A stretch of 64,000 nucleotides of DNA. Source: Candidatus Aenigmatarchaeota archaeon (GTDB lineage Archaea; Aenigmatarchaeota; Aenigmatarchaeia; CG10238-14; SCSR01). A program made the translations under genes and the position numbers. The DNA is taken from contig JAWCME010000001.1 of NCBI GenBank assembly GCA_039091335.1, positions 10,024-74,023 on the forward strand, read 5' to 3'. Within the stretch, counting starts at the first letter, position 1. Every line of letters starts with the position of its first letter. Below the pieces are notes generated by a model. The model was not told the DNA's origin, made no database searches, and saw only the letters and a list, made by a program, of their open reading frames with translations. Of the stretch, positions 10,073-19,961 are shown piece after piece.

Positions 10073-10677
10073 TGATAGAGAAAATATTTGTAAGGGAGGA
10101 AATAAGAAAATGTGAGGTAGAGGAATTTCTTGCTAAAAAATTTGAAAAAGCAGGATATAGTCATACTGAAATAACACGTACTCCGCTTGGGATGAGAATA
10201 ATAGTTTATGCTTATAAGCCTGGTCTTGTTGTTGGAAAATCTGGAAAACGGGTAAAAGAGATAACTGAAGAAATAAGAGAAAGGTTTGGGTTTGAAAACC
10301 CAATGCTTGACGTAAGGGAAGTAGAAGAACCTTTTCTTGATGCTAACATTGTTGCAAAAAGAGTTGCAAGGGCATTAGAAAGAGGGATAAATTTTAAAAA
10401 GGTTGCAAACTACTATGTTGAAAAAGTAATGGAGGCAGGAGCAATAGGAGTGCAAATAAAAATTGGTGGAAAGCTTATGGGGGCAGAAAGGTCAAGGTTT
10501 CAAAAATTTCAGAAAGGTTTTATAGCACACTCTGGAGATTATGCAGACGTTTTTGTAGAAAAGGGATATGCACAGGCGTCAATAAAACCCGGAATCATTG
10601 GAGTTAAAGTTAAAATAATGAAAAGGGCCCCAAAAGAGCTTGTACTGGAGAAAATTAAGGAGGAAGAAAATATTTAA
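10072..10677 (+). CDS. rps3: 30S ribosomal protein S3 (uS3)
   Basis: AGYSHTEITRTPLG, KPGLVVGKSG, GAIGVQIKIGGKL, KPGIIGVKVKI. Confidence 0.97.
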   Translation: MIEKIFVREEIRKCEVEEFLAKKFEKAGYSHTEITRTPLGMRIIVYAYKPGLVVGKSGKRVKEITEEIRERFGFENPMLDVREVEEPFLDANIVAKRVARALERGINFKKVANYYVEKVMEAGAIGVQIKIGGKLMGAERSRFQKFQKGFIAHSGDYADVFVEKGYAQASIKPGIIGVKVKIMKRAPKELVLEKIKEEENI

Positions 10678-10752
10678 ATATAAAATGAAAATTTAAAAAA
10701 GGAGAAGAAATGTATATCTTCCTGAAAAATGTTGCTTCTTGTGAGGATTTAA

Positions 10753-10968
10753 ATGGCCATAATTAGAATGAAAGAGATAAGAGAGATGAAGGAAGAAGAA
10801 TTAAATAAAAGGCTTTCTGAATTAAGGTTAGAACTTATGAAAGAAATGGGAAATGTAAAGATGGGTAGACCAATTAAAAATCCTGGAAAGATTAGGGAGT
10901 TGAAGAGAGCCATTGCTAGAATTTTAACTTTAAAGAGGGAAAGAAGTAAAAATGCAAGAAATATGTAA
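10753..10968 (+). CDS. rpl29: 50S ribosomal protein L29 (uL29)
   Basis: [29 protein letters not shown]. Confidence 0.96.
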   Translation: MAIIRMKEIREMKEEELNKRLSELRLELMKEMGNVKMGRPIKNPGKIRELKRAIARILTLKRERSKNARNM

Positions 10969-11251
10969 GGTTTGTGGATATCCGATTGAATTTTGTGTAT
11001 GTAGAACAATAGAGAGGGAAGCACAAAAAATAAAAATTTCTGTAGAAGCAAGGAAGTTTGGAAAAAACATAACGGTTGTTGAGGGAATAACAGAAAATGC
11101 AAAGGAAATTGTGTCACAATTAAAACAGATGCTTGCTTGCGGTGGAACTTATAAAAATAACAAAATAGAACTGCAGGGGGACCATAGAAATAAGATTAAA
11201 GAAATATTGATGAAACTGGGATATGGAGAGAATCAAATAGAGGTAATTTAA
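10952..11251 (+). CDS. sui1: translation initiation factor SUI1/aIF1
   Basis: [36 protein letters not shown]. Confidence 0.95.
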   Translation: MQEICKVCGYPIEFCVCRTIEREAQKIKISVEARKFGKNITVVEGITENAKEIVSQLKQMLACGGTYKNNKIELQGDHRNKIKEILMKLGYGENQIEVI

Positions 11252-11270
11252 CCATAAAAAAATTATTAGT

Positions 11271-11549
11271 ATGATAACCCCAAAAAATTTGGTTAGGCAT
11301 GAGCTTTGTGGACTTGAAGTTAGAATTAAAAAAAGTACAGACCCCACGCAAAAAGGATTGAAAGGGAGGGTAATAGACGAAACTTACAACACATTTAAAA
11401 TTGAAACTAAAAAAGGAGAAAAGATAGTAGCAAAGAAAAACTGTGTCTTCGTTTTTATTCTTCCTAGTAAAGTTAGGGTTGAAGTTGAAGGAAAATTGTT
11501 AGTAGGAAGGCCAGAAGATAGAATAAAGAAGAAATTTCCTAGATGGTAA
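11271..11549 (+). CDS. rnp1: RNase P protein component 1 (Rpp29/POP4)
   Basis: ITPKNLVRHELCGL, GRVIDET, LLVGRPEDR. Confidence 0.93.
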   Translation: MITPKNLVRHELCGLEVRIKKSTDPTQKGLKGRVIDETYNTFKIETKKGEKIVAKKNCVFVFILPSKVRVEVEGKLLVGRPEDRIKKKFPRW

Positions 11550-11801
11550 CTAAATGACTTCATGAATTGATCTTTTATTTATAGTGAAAAAGATTTATTT
11601 TCAAATCACTCTATAAACTCCATCACAGTTTTTTCTACGACATTGAAATATCTAAGCCCTACGGATATGATTTAGTTGTTACTTCCATCATTGATTGTGG
11701 AACTATTGACCAAGAAATCAACCCCAAAAATATCTTCTCACAAAAATTTTAAAAATTCTGAAATTTAAAAAGTTTCTTATACATATTTAAAAAATGAGAA
11801 A

Positions 11802-12140
11802 ATGGAGAAGAGAAAAATAAGAGATATTGGTATAGAAGCAAACCCACCAGAAAGAACATGCTCAAACCCAAAATGCTGTTGGCATGGTTCAGTTAAAATT
11901 AGGGGTAAAATTATAGAAGGTGTTGTTGTTTCTTCTAAAGCGCAAAAAACAGCAATAGTTGAAAGGGAATACTTTCACTTTATTCCAAAGTACGAAAGAT
12001 ATGAAAGAAGGAGGTCGAGGATACCCGCTTATAATCCTGAATGTATTTCTGCCAAAGAGGGGGATAGAGTTAGGATTGGTGAATGCAGACCTTTATCAAA
12101 AACTAAGAAATTTATAATAATAGAAGTTTTAAGAAAGTGA
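11802..12140 (+). CDS. rps17: 30S ribosomal protein S17 (uS17)
   Basis: CSNPKCCWHG, IPKYERYERRRSR, IGECRPLSKTK. Confidence 0.97.
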   Translation: MEKRKIRDIGIEANPPERTCSNPKCCWHGSVKIRGKIIEGVVVSSKAQKTAIVEREYFHFIPKYERYERRRSRIPAYNPECISAKEGDRVRIGECRPLSKTKKFIIIEVLRK

Positions 12141-12145
12141 AAAAA

Positions 12146-12544
12146 ATGAAAGCTGTAAAAGCTAGGATAAAGCGTTCTATTCCTGTTGGAAGTCGTATAA
12201 TTTGTGCAGATAATACCGGAGCAAAGGTATTACAAATAATTTCTGTGTTTGGATATAGGGGGGTAAGAAGAAGGTACCCTTCTGCTGGCGTTGGGGATGT
12301 TGTTAAGTGTAGTGTCAAGGAGGGTGTCGTGAAGATGAGGAAGCAGATTGTAAATGCAGTAATAATAAGACAAAAGGCAGAGTATAGAAGAGCAAATGGA
12401 ATTAGAATCAAATTTGAAGACAATGCTGGGGTAATAGTAGATGAAAATAATACACCACGTGGTACCCTGATTCGTGGTCCTGTAGCGAGAGAAGTCGTTG
12501 AGAGGTTCCCTACCATAGGAAAAATCGCTAGTGTGGTGGTTTAA
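12146..12544 (+). CDS. rpl14: 50S ribosomal protein L14 (uL14)
   Basis: CADNTGAK, AVIIRQK, FEDNAGVIVD, GPVARE. Confidence 0.97.
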   Translation: MKAVKARIKRSIPVGSRIICADNTGAKVLQIISVFGYRGVRRRYPSAGVGDVVKCSVKEGVVKMRKQIVNAVIIRQKAEYRRANGIRIKFEDNAGVIVDENNTPRGTLIRGPVAREVVERFPTIGKIASVVV

Positions 12545-12919
12545 ATGAAGAGACCAAAATCAAAAAAAGCGAGAAAACAAAGAAAGTTTTTATTTAATGC
12601 CCCATTGCATGTTAGAAGGAAAATTTTGTCGGCCCATCTTTCTAAGGAGCTAAAAGAAAAATACAAAAGAAGAGCATTTCCGATAAGAAGGGGGGATGAA
12701 GTAGAGGTTATGAGTGGGGAATTCAAAAAAAGGAAAGGAAAAGTGATAAGGGTTGATTTGAAAAAATACCATGTTTATATTGAAGGAATAACAAGAAAAA
12801 GAACAGACGGAAGTGAAAGGCTCGTTCCATTTCATCCATCAAAACTGAAAATCACAAGTTTAAACTTAGAAGACAAGAAAAGGATGAAAATACTTGAGAG
12901 AAAGGGCATAAAATTTTAA
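12545..12919 (+). CDS. rpl24: 50S ribosomal protein L24 (uL24)
   Basis: [43 protein letters not shown]. Confidence 0.97.
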   Translation: MKRPKSKKARKQRKFLFNAPLHVRRKILSAHLSKELKEKYKRRAFPIRRGDEVEVMSGEFKKRKGKVIRVDLKKYHVYIEGITRKRTDGSERLVPFHPSKLKITSLNLEDKKRMKILERKGIKF

Positions 12920-12977
12920 CTTTTTAATTAACCCTTTTTAAATATTGAAAAATAATTTACAATAAAAAGTTGATGGT

Positions 12978-13676
12978 ATGAAAAAAATGAAGAGGTTGGC
13001 TACACCAAAATTTTGGAAAATTCCAAAAAAGGTTGGTAAATGGGTAGTTTCTCCCATTCCTGGCCCGCATAAAAAAGCTGAATGCATGCCTTTGCTATTG
13101 ATTGTTAGAGATTTATTAAAACTGTGTGAAACAGGAACTGAGACAAAAAAGATGATAAAGGCTGGCGAGGTTCTGGTCGACGGCAGAAAAAGAAAAGAAC
13201 ATTCTTTCCCCGTTGGATTGATGGATGTTATTTCCATTCCAAGAATAAGAAAAAACTATAGAGTTATACCTAGCAAGAAAGGCTTAGAAATTGTTGAAAT
13301 AAGCGAAGAAGAGGCAAACAAAAAAATATGTAAGATAAAGAATAAGACCATTCTAAAGGGAGGTAAAATACAGCTAAACTTACATGACGGAAGAAACTTA
13401 ATCGTGGATAAAGATTTTTATAAAACCGGAGATTCTCTATTAATAGAACTTCCGAGCCAAAAAATTTTAGACCATATAAAGCTTGATAAAGGAAATTTAT
13501 GCTTGATAATAAGTGGAAAAAACTCTGGAAAAATAGGAAAAATAGAAGAGGTTGTGAAAAGAAAGAGTATGAAAGAAACAACAAAAGTTATTTGTAATGT
13601 TGATGAAGAAAAAATTGAGGTAACAAAAGATTTCTTAATACCAATAGGAAAGGACAGTCCGTACCTGAGGTGGTAG
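12978..13676 (+). CDS. rps4e: 30S ribosomal protein S4e (eS4)
   Basis: MKRLATPKFWKI, PGPH, FPVGLMDVI, QLNLHDGRN. Confidence 0.97.
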   Translation: MKKMKRLATPKFWKIPKKVGKWVVSPIPGPHKKAECMPLLLIVRDLLKLCETGTETKKMIKAGEVLVDGRKRKEHSFPVGLMDVISIPRIRKNYRVIPSKKGLEIVEISEEEANKKICKIKNKTILKGGKIQLNLHDGRNLIVDKDFYKTGDSLLIELPSQKILDHIKLDKGNLCLIISGKNSGKIGKIEEVVKRKSMKETTKVICNVDEEKIEVTKDFLIPIGKDSPYLRW

Positions 13677-14182
13677 AAATAGAAAATGTGATGAAAAGAA
13701 TAAGGATTGAGAAGGTTGTACTAAACATTGGTTGTGGTGGAGATCCGAACAAGATTGAAAGGGCAACAAAACTTTTGGAGTATTTGACCGGAAGAAAGGT
13801 ATTCATAACAAAATCCAAGAGAAGAAGCACGTTTGGGATTGCAAGGGGAAAGCCTGTAGGAGTAATGGTCACTTTAAGAAAGGGAGAGGCCTTTAATTTT
13901 TTGAAGAATGCTTTAAAGGCAGTTGACAACAAGCTAAATAAATCACAATTTAACGACGGTAATTTTAGCTTTGGTATAAAAGAATACATAAACATTCCAA
14001 ACATTAAGTATAGGCATGATATAGGAATGCTTGGGTTGGATGTATGCGTATCTCTTGAAAGGCCTGGGTTTAGAGTAGAAAGAAGGAAGATAGAAAGAAG
14101 GAAGATAGAAAGAAGACATAGAATTAGCAAAGAAGAGACAATTAACTGGGTAAAAAACGAGTTTGGAGTTGAAGTTGTTTGA
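13670..14182 (+). CDS. rpl5: 50S ribosomal protein L5 (uL5)
   Basis: IEKVVLNIGCG, VTLRK, GNFSFGIKEYI, LERPGFRV. Confidence 0.97.
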   Translation: MVEIENVMKRIRIEKVVLNIGCGGDPNKIERATKLLEYLTGRKVFITKSKRRSTFGIARGKPVGVMVTLRKGEAFNFLKNALKAVDNKLNKSQFNDGNFSFGIKEYINIPNIKYRHDIGMLGLDVCVSLERPGFRVERRKIERRKIERRHRISKEETINWVKNEFGVEVV

Positions 14183-14191
14183 GGTGGTAGC

Positions 14192-14338
14192 TTGGCTGTA
14201 AGGAAGCTTGGAAAAGGAAGGATTGTTTGTAGAAGATGTGGAAGAACTGGTGGGGTAATTAGAAAGTATGGGCTATATTTCTGCCGGCAATGTATGAGAG
14301 AGATAGCTAGAAAGATGGGTTTTAAGAAATATTCTTAA
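14192..14338 (+). CDS. rps14: 30S ribosomal protein S14 (uS14, Zn-binding), TTG start
   Basis: Below the ORF-track cutoff: [57 protein letters not shown] upstream. Confidence 0.95.
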   Translation: MAVRKLGKGRIVCRRCGRTGGVIRKYGLYFCRQCMREIARKMGFKKYS

Positions 14339-14362
14339 AACAAAAATTATAAAATTTATTTT

Positions 14363-15226
14363 ATGTTTGAGATTATTTCTATAATTACAGCCTTTGTGGG
14401 TTCTGGTATAGCATCTATATTTGATTTGAAAACCACTGAAATACCAGACAAAATTCCTTATGCAATGATTTTAATCGCCCTAATATTACACGGAATTCAA
14501 TCAATAATTCAATGGAACTATAAACCATTTTTAAATAGTCTTATTTCTGGCATTTCATTGCTTGCTTTCGGGTTTGTTATGTATCGTTTTGGGCAGTGGG
14601 GAGGAGGTGACGCAAAAATTTTATCGGCAATTGGCTTCTTGATTCCAGAACCCCCCAGTGGGTTTTCTTCACTTCTTCTTCCATTTCCTGCAAGCTATCT
14701 AATAAACGTGTTTTTGGTGGGGTCAATTTACATGCTATTCTATGCATTTGTGTTTTCTCTAATAAACAGAAGAATATTTTATAAATTTGTTGAAGACATA
14801 AAGGCGAGTAGGGAAGTGCTATCAATCGGATCTTTTGCTCTTCTTTTTTCCTTCCTTTTCATAAACTTTTTACTGTCGACATTTTTTAACTTGAGCTTTG
14901 ATTTTATATTTTTTTTGAAGAGTTCTTTTTTGCTATTATTTCTGACTTTATTCCTTTTTACAATATGGAGATTTACAAAGGCTGTAGAAGATTTTGGTTT
15001 TAAAAAAAGGATACATGTATCAAAGCTTAAGGTTGGGGATGTGTTACTGAAATCTAAACTTTGGGAAGGAATAACAGAAAAGGAATTGAAAAAAATTAGA
15101 AGATCTGGAAAAAAATTCATTTATATAAAGGAAGGTGTTCGATTTGCACCCTCTTTTCCATTAGCATTGTTTTTCACTCTTTTTTTTGGTGACGTCCTGC
15201 TTGTTTTTATGAAAATTTTAATGTAA
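14363..15226 (+). CDS. A24-family prepilin/preflagellin peptidase
   Basis: SIFDLKTTEIPD and WGGGDAK aspartate motifs, many TM segments, C-terminal FAPSF. Confidence 0.85.
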   Translation: MFEIISIITAFVGSGIASIFDLKTTEIPDKIPYAMILIALILHGIQSIIQWNYKPFLNSLISGISLLAFGFVMYRFGQWGGGDAKILSAIGFLIPEPPSGFSSLLLPFPASYLINVFLVGSIYMLFYAFVFSLINRRIFYKFVEDIKASREVLSIGSFALLFSFLFINFLLSTFFNLSFDFIFFLKSSFLLLFLTLFLFTIWRFTKAVEDFGFKKRIHVSKLKVGDVLLKSKLWEGITEKELKKIRRSGKKFIYIKEGVRFAPSFPLALFFTLFFGDVLLVFMKILM

Positions 15227-15244
15227 AAAAACAAATAATTAATT

Positions 15245-15874
15245 ATGCTAAATGGTTTTTTCAATTGGATACTGAATCTTTTTGGTATAAGAAGGGAGAT
15301 AAGACTTGGAATCTATGGTGCTACAAATGTCGGAAAAACAACCTTAGCAAATAGGATTTCTATGGATTGGACCGGAGAGCCTGTTGGAAAAACATCTGTA
15401 ATCCCCCATGAAACAAGATTTGTCCAAAAAAAGGAAAAAATAGAAATAAAGGTTGATGGAAAGAAGATGATGATAAACCTCCTTGATATGCCTGGAATTG
15501 CAACAAAGGTTGACTATAGAACCTTTTTAAAATATGGTATATCTAAAAGAGCAGCAAAGATTAGAGCAAAAGAGGCTACTGATGGTATAATAGAAGCAAT
15601 AAAATGGCTTGGAAATGTTGATACAGTGTTGGCTGTAATGGACGCCACGCAAGACCCATTAACTCAAGTTAACATAACATTGTTAGGAAATTTGGAAGCA
15701 AGAAAAATACCTGTTATAATTGTTGCAAACAAAATAGATAAAAAGAACGCAAAACCCCAGGCAATTAGAGAGGCATTTCCTCAATATCCTGTTGTTGAAA
15801 TTTCTGCATTAAAGGGAATTAACATGAATGATTTGTATCATACAATAGCAAAATATTCTAGGAGGAGAAGATGA
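15245..15874 (+). CDS. oapA: Era-like small GTPase (OapA/ArvA family)
   Basis: RLGIYGATNVGKTTLANRI, IPHETR, DMPG, ANKID, ISAL. Confidence 0.85.
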   Translation: MLNGFFNWILNLFGIRREIRLGIYGATNVGKTTLANRISMDWTGEPVGKTSVIPHETRFVQKKEKIEIKVDGKKMMINLLDMPGIATKVDYRTFLKYGISKRAAKIRAKEATDGIIEAIKWLGNVDTVLAVMDATQDPLTQVNITLLGNLEARKIPVIIVANKIDKKNAKPQAIREAFPQYPVVEISALKGINMNDLYHTIAKYSRRRR

Positions 15875-16290
15875 AATTAAAGAAATTAAGATTGGATTTT
15901 GTTTCTTCCTCGGTACTTGAAGGAAAAACAAAGGAGAAGAGGATAAACTTCATCTTAAACAAAGTCAAAGACGGCTCTGTGCTTGTAACAGATGCCGTTC
16001 TACACCCAGAAGAGGAAATGGACCTTATAAAAGAAACTATGAGACGTGTTGACGACGGTTTTCCTGGTATAGAAGTATGTAGTCTGAAGAAGGAGAGAAG
16101 AGGAATTCAGTTTTTGATTGAAAACATTAATGAACAAAGGTATAAACTAATAAGATTTATAGAAAATTTAACTGGAAAGAAAAATTGGAAGCCAAACCTT
16201 AAAACAGGAATAACATTGATAGGTCCTGCAAAAATAATAAAGAGAATAAAGAAAAATCCGGATTCGTTTTCTGTTTTGGCAGAGGTATAA
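15871..16290 (+). CDS. oapB: DUF2073 protein (OapB/ArvB)
   Basis: RINFILNKVKDG, LHPEEEMDLIKETM, GFPGIEV, GITLIGPA; ATGA overlap with the GTPase. Confidence 0.8.
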   Translation: MKLKKLRLDFVSSSVLEGKTKEKRINFILNKVKDGSVLVTDAVLHPEEEMDLIKETMRRVDDGFPGIEVCSLKKERRGIQFLIENINEQRYKLIRFIENLTGKKNWKPNLKTGITLIGPAKIIKRIKKNPDSFSVLAEV

Positions 16291-16292
16291 TT

Positions 16293-16712
16293 ATGCATAA
16301 ATGTGTAAGATGTGGAAGCATTTATCAAGATAACGATGCTTCTATTTTAAACGGTTGTAACTGTGGCTCAATTTTCTTTCTTTACATAAAGACAGAAGGA
16401 GAAGAAATGGCGGTTGAGCAGTTGAAAAGGGAGTTGGAAGAAAGGAATACTACACTAGAAAACGAGATAAACAAAAAAATTGAGGAAAAAATATCCCAGA
16501 GAAAAATAGAAAGAGATAAAATTGTTAAGAAAAGAAGTAAGTTTAGAAGAAGTGTGTTTGGTATAGAGACTGTTAGGATAAAAAAAGACGGTGTTTATGA
16601 AATAAACATAGATGCTTTGATGAAGAAAATGCCACTTATTGTACTTGAAAAAGGAAGAGTTTACTTAATTCATCTTCCCTCTGTTTTTGAGGCTGAGGAG
16701 CGAGAATCATAA
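16293..16712 (+). CDS. oapC: Zn-ribbon protein DUF2072 (OapC/ArvC)
   Basis: HKCVRCGSIY, ILNGCNCGSIFFLY, IETVRIKKDGVYEINI. Confidence 0.85.
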   Translation: MHKCVRCGSIYQDNDASILNGCNCGSIFFLYIKTEGEEMAVEQLKRELEERNTTLENEINKKIEEKISQRKIERDKIVKKRSKFRRSVFGIETVRIKKDGVYEINIDALMKKMPLIVLEKGRVYLIHLPSVFEAEERES

Positions 16713-17084
16713 AATTCCTAGTTCTTTATCTTTTTTTACTATTTCTTTAATTTCTGGCCTCATCTCCAAAAGTGATTCAAAAAGTTCATTTTTATACTCC
16801 TTGCTTATTATTCCCTCCTCTTCTATTGTTTTCAGAAAAATGAAAGTATCAATGTTTACATTAATTCTTCTATCCTTTACAATGCATTTCTCTGAAAAAA
16901 TTTTAAACCTTCTTCTACATGCTTCTGCAAGCGTACTTGCATTTATGTTATAAATTTCAGCAACAACTATTTGCTCCGGAAATACTATGTTCTGCTTTCT
17001 AGCAACCTCTTCCTTCATTTTTTTAATCATTTCCTCTATTGAACTAAAAACACACTCTTTTCTTCCACAAGGAAAATCATTCAT
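16707..17084 (-). CDS. hypothetical protein
   Basis: 125-aa ORF directly downstream of serS on the same strand, GAGGA SD upstream. Confidence 0.65.
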   Translation of the reverse strand: MNDFPCGRKECVFSSIEEMIKKMKEEVARKQNIVFPEQIVVAEIYNINASTLAEACRRRFKIFSEKCIVKDRRINVNIDTFIFLKTIEEEGIISKEYKNELFESLLEMRPEIKEIVKKDKELGIL

Positions 17085-17100
17085 TTAAATCCTCAGCAAA

Positions 17101-18618
17101 CTATTGAAATAAAAATCCGCTCGGAATTTTTTTAATTGCTTTTTTAAATTCTTTAGGCCATTTTTCAAATTCTAAACCCTTTTGTGCCAGAAAAACAGCC
17201 ATCCATCTTTCCAAACCAACTCCAGAACACCCTGTCCAAACTTCATTCCCTTTATCTGTTTTAAAATTCCACGCATCACTAAATTTTGTACCTGCTACGG
17301 TAACGTTTTGAAACTCAAGCCACTCGCTTTTTTCTCTTGTTCCTCTCCATGGAAGCCATCCCTCAAAATCTATTGTGCCTTTTTCCTTTTCTATTTCCCC
17401 AACCTCACCGGCCTGAACCATATACCATGGGGTTATCCATACCATCCTCCATTCTATTTCCAAAATTTTGTTGAATATTTGTTTAAACTTCTCTATGATT
17501 TGTTCCTTGATTTCTATTGCCTGCTCTTTTTTGCCCATCCATATAATTTCTATTCTATGGAACTCGCAGTCTCTCTCTATTCCATGCAACCCCCCACCTT
17601 CCCATCTGTATGATACTCCGGAATTGTCCCAAACCTTTATAGGTAGTCCCTTTTCTGGTATGGCCTTCTTTTCAAAATACCAATAGAATGGTGGGCATTG
17701 AGAAAAACAAATTCCAAGGGTTGGAAATGTAATTTTTTCCCTTAACATTTCATAAGGTATTTTGTTGGTAACTTTAACATAATCTGAAAAATCTTCCCAG
17801 TACTGTGGATCCATTTTTTCTGGTCTACTGACATAGAACATTGAGTTTGAAGATCCAGGAATGTGTCCTGTTCTTAACCAAACCTCTAATGGAGTTGTTT
17901 TAGGAAGTATTACCTCTTCAAAACCAAGTGGTTTAATTACTTCTCTTTTTACAATTTGTTCCATGACCCTCATTATTTTTGTTGTTATTGGGGTATGAAG
18001 CCAAACACCAGTACTAAATCTTTTTATCCACCCAAGCCTTTCCATTTCTTCTGACGGATCCTTATCCCAAACTGGCTTTCTTTTTGGGCTTTGCCATATA
18101 AGTTCCCAGTGTTCTGATTTACCACCATAAAACTGAAGGTTTATCTTCTCTTCAACTCTACTCAAAATTCTCTCCACATATCTGTCCTCTATTGCTGTTG
18201 AATCAAGATTTTGAAGTCTAATTATCAATTCTTCTCCTTTCTTGAGAGAGTCTTTAAACCATGGAACCATTACTCTTATATCCTTTTTTGGCATTCTTGC
18301 TGGAACATAGGAAATTTCATATTCTTTAATAATCATATTCCTTATTCCAACCTGCTTTTCTCCAAGCCTCTCTGCGAGGAAATTTCTAAGTCTTAACATT
18401 GCATCATGTGGCCTGAGATATCTTGTTCCTTCTATTGTTAAAAAAAGTTTTGTTCCCTCTATAGACCAGTGTACTATCCTTGAACCTTCTTGGTCCTTTG
18501 GCACGCCTTTCCTGAAAAGTTCTGTGTTTATTTCTTTTGCAATTATGTTTGGGAGTTGTGATTCTAAGAAATCTATTGGCCTAGAAAATTCAAATACCCC
18601 TATTAGTTTAAAGTTCAT
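17101..18618 (-). CDS. serS: seryl-tRNA synthetase, atypical methanogen (type 2) form
   Basis: N-domain TRYLRPHDAMLRLRN; SQCPPFY, SYRWEGGGLHGIER, EFHRIE, LEFQN, WTGCSGVGLERW. Confidence 0.9.
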   Translation of the reverse strand: MNFKLIGVFEFSRPIDFLESQLPNIIAKEINTELFRKGVPKDQEGSRIVHWSIEGTKLFLTIEGTRYLRPHDAMLRLRNFLAERLGEKQVGIRNMIIKEYEISYVPARMPKKDIRVMVPWFKDSLKKGEELIIRLQNLDSTAIEDRYVERILSRVEEKINLQFYGGKSEHWELIWQSPKRKPVWDKDPSEEMERLGWIKRFSTGVWLHTPITTKIMRVMEQIVKREVIKPLGFEEVILPKTTPLEVWLRTGHIPGSSNSMFYVSRPEKMDPQYWEDFSDYVKVTNKIPYEMLREKITFPTLGICFSQCPPFYWYFEKKAIPEKGLPIKVWDNSGVSYRWEGGGLHGIERDCEFHRIEIIWMGKKEQAIEIKEQIIEKFKQIFNKILEIEWRMVWITPWYMVQAGEVGEIEKEKGTIDFEGWLPWRGTREKSEWLEFQNVTVAGTKFSDAWNFKTDKGNEVWTGCSGVGLERWMAVFLAQKGLEFEKWPKEFKKAIKKIPSGFLFQ

Positions 18619-18676
18619 TCTCTCACATTTTTATTGTTAATTGAAGAATTTAATTCTTTTTTTTTAAATATTTTCT

Positions 18677-19960
18677 ATGGAAACAAAATTGAAAAGGGAG
18701 CTAGAATTTTTAGAAGTAACTCTATGCGGTATTGGAATAATTCTTGGCGCAGGAATTTATGTATTAATTGGAAAGGTTATTGGTGTTGCTGGAAATGCAG
18801 CGTGGCTCTCTTTCTTTATTTCTGCTTTAATGGCCTCGCTCACTGGATTGAGTTATGCTGAACTCTCCTCAATGTTTCCAAAGGCTGGAGCAGAATATGT
18901 ATATACAAAAAAGGCTTTTGGTCAAACCCTTGCATTTCTGATAGGATGGTTAATTTTATTGAGCGGAATAGTTGGCGGTGCAACTGTAGCAATGGGTTTT
19001 TCAGAATATTTTACGAGTATAATAAAATTACCAAAAATTTTGCTTTCCATTCTTGTCGTTTATTTTCTGTCTTTTATAATTTTTTCTGGAATAAAAGAAA
19101 GCGCAAAATTTATGGTGCTTTCAACGATTTTAGAGGTTTTTGGGTTACTATTAATAATCTTTATTGGCCTACCTTTTTTTGGGTCAGTAAACTATTTTGA
19201 GTTTAACCCAGAATTTGGAATAAGCGGTATATTCTCAGGAGCAGCCCTTATATTTTTTGCATACCTTGGTTTTGAGGAAATAGTAAAACTTTCAGAGGAG
19301 ACAAAAAGGGCAGAAACAATCATACCAAAGGCGTTGCTCTTCTCAATAGCAATAACAACACTGATTTATATATTGGTTGCAATTTCTGTTGTTAGCATAC
19401 CCGGAATAAAATGGGATGAATTAAATAAAGCCGAAGCACCTTTAAGTCTTGCTGCTTCAAAAATATTCGGAAAAAACGGGTTTTTGGTTGTTTGGTTTAT
19501 TTCGCTTTTTTCAACGGCAAATACTTGTCTTTTCATACTTTTAGCTGCTTCACGCATTATGTATGGAATGGCAACTGAAAATACTCTACCAAAAATTTTT
19601 TCAAAGGTTCACAAAAAGAGAAAAACTCCTTATTTAGCAATACTATTTGTTGCTGTTTTATCTTCTCTCTTTACTTTGAGCGAAAATATAAAGCTTGTTG
19701 CAGGCATGACAAACTTAAGTGTATTCTTAAGTTTTTTTGTGATAAACTCTTCGCTCATCTGGCTAAGAATAAAAAGACCTGAGATAAAAAGAAAATTTAA
19801 AATTCCGTTCAACATAGGAAGAATACCTGTTTTAACTGTTTTTTCTCTTCTGTTTTGTTCGTTCATGATATTTCAGTTAGAATTCAGCACAATTCTTTTA
19901 ACGCTAGCTGTAGCATTTCCTGGTCTTTTTTACAGTTTTTTGAGGAAAAAATTCAAATGA
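18677..19960 (+). CDS. APC-family amino acid permease
   Basis: GIGIILGAGIY, SYAELSSMFPKAGAEYVY, FFAYLGFE, ASRIMYGMA. Confidence 0.92.
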   Translation: METKLKRELEFLEVTLCGIGIILGAGIYVLIGKVIGVAGNAAWLSFFISALMASLTGLSYAELSSMFPKAGAEYVYTKKAFGQTLAFLIGWLILLSGIVGGATVAMGFSEYFTSIIKLPKILLSILVVYFLSFIIFSGIKESAKFMVLSTILEVFGLLLIIFIGLPFFGSVNYFEFNPEFGISGIFSGAALIFFAYLGFEEIVKLSEETKRAETIIPKALLFSIAITTLIYILVAISVVSIPGIKWDELNKAEAPLSLAASKIFGKNGFLVVWFISLFSTANTCLFILLAASRIMYGMATENTLPKIFSKVHKKRKTPYLAILFVAVLSSLFTLSENIKLVAGMTNLSVFLSFFVINSSLIWLRIKRPEIKRKFKIPFNIGRIPVLTVFSLLFCSFMIFQLEFSTILLTLAVAFPGLFYSFLRKKFK

Positions 19961-19961
19961 A

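Noticed and set aside
11550..11801. 250-nt gap inside the ribosomal operon between rnp1 and rps17
   Set aside because: No convincing ORF with a start, and no clear RNA structure or BHB found
14076..14115. 15-nt tandem repeat in rpl5
   Set aside because: Encodes the basic RRKIE loop in frame; not a CRISPR array or mobile repeat
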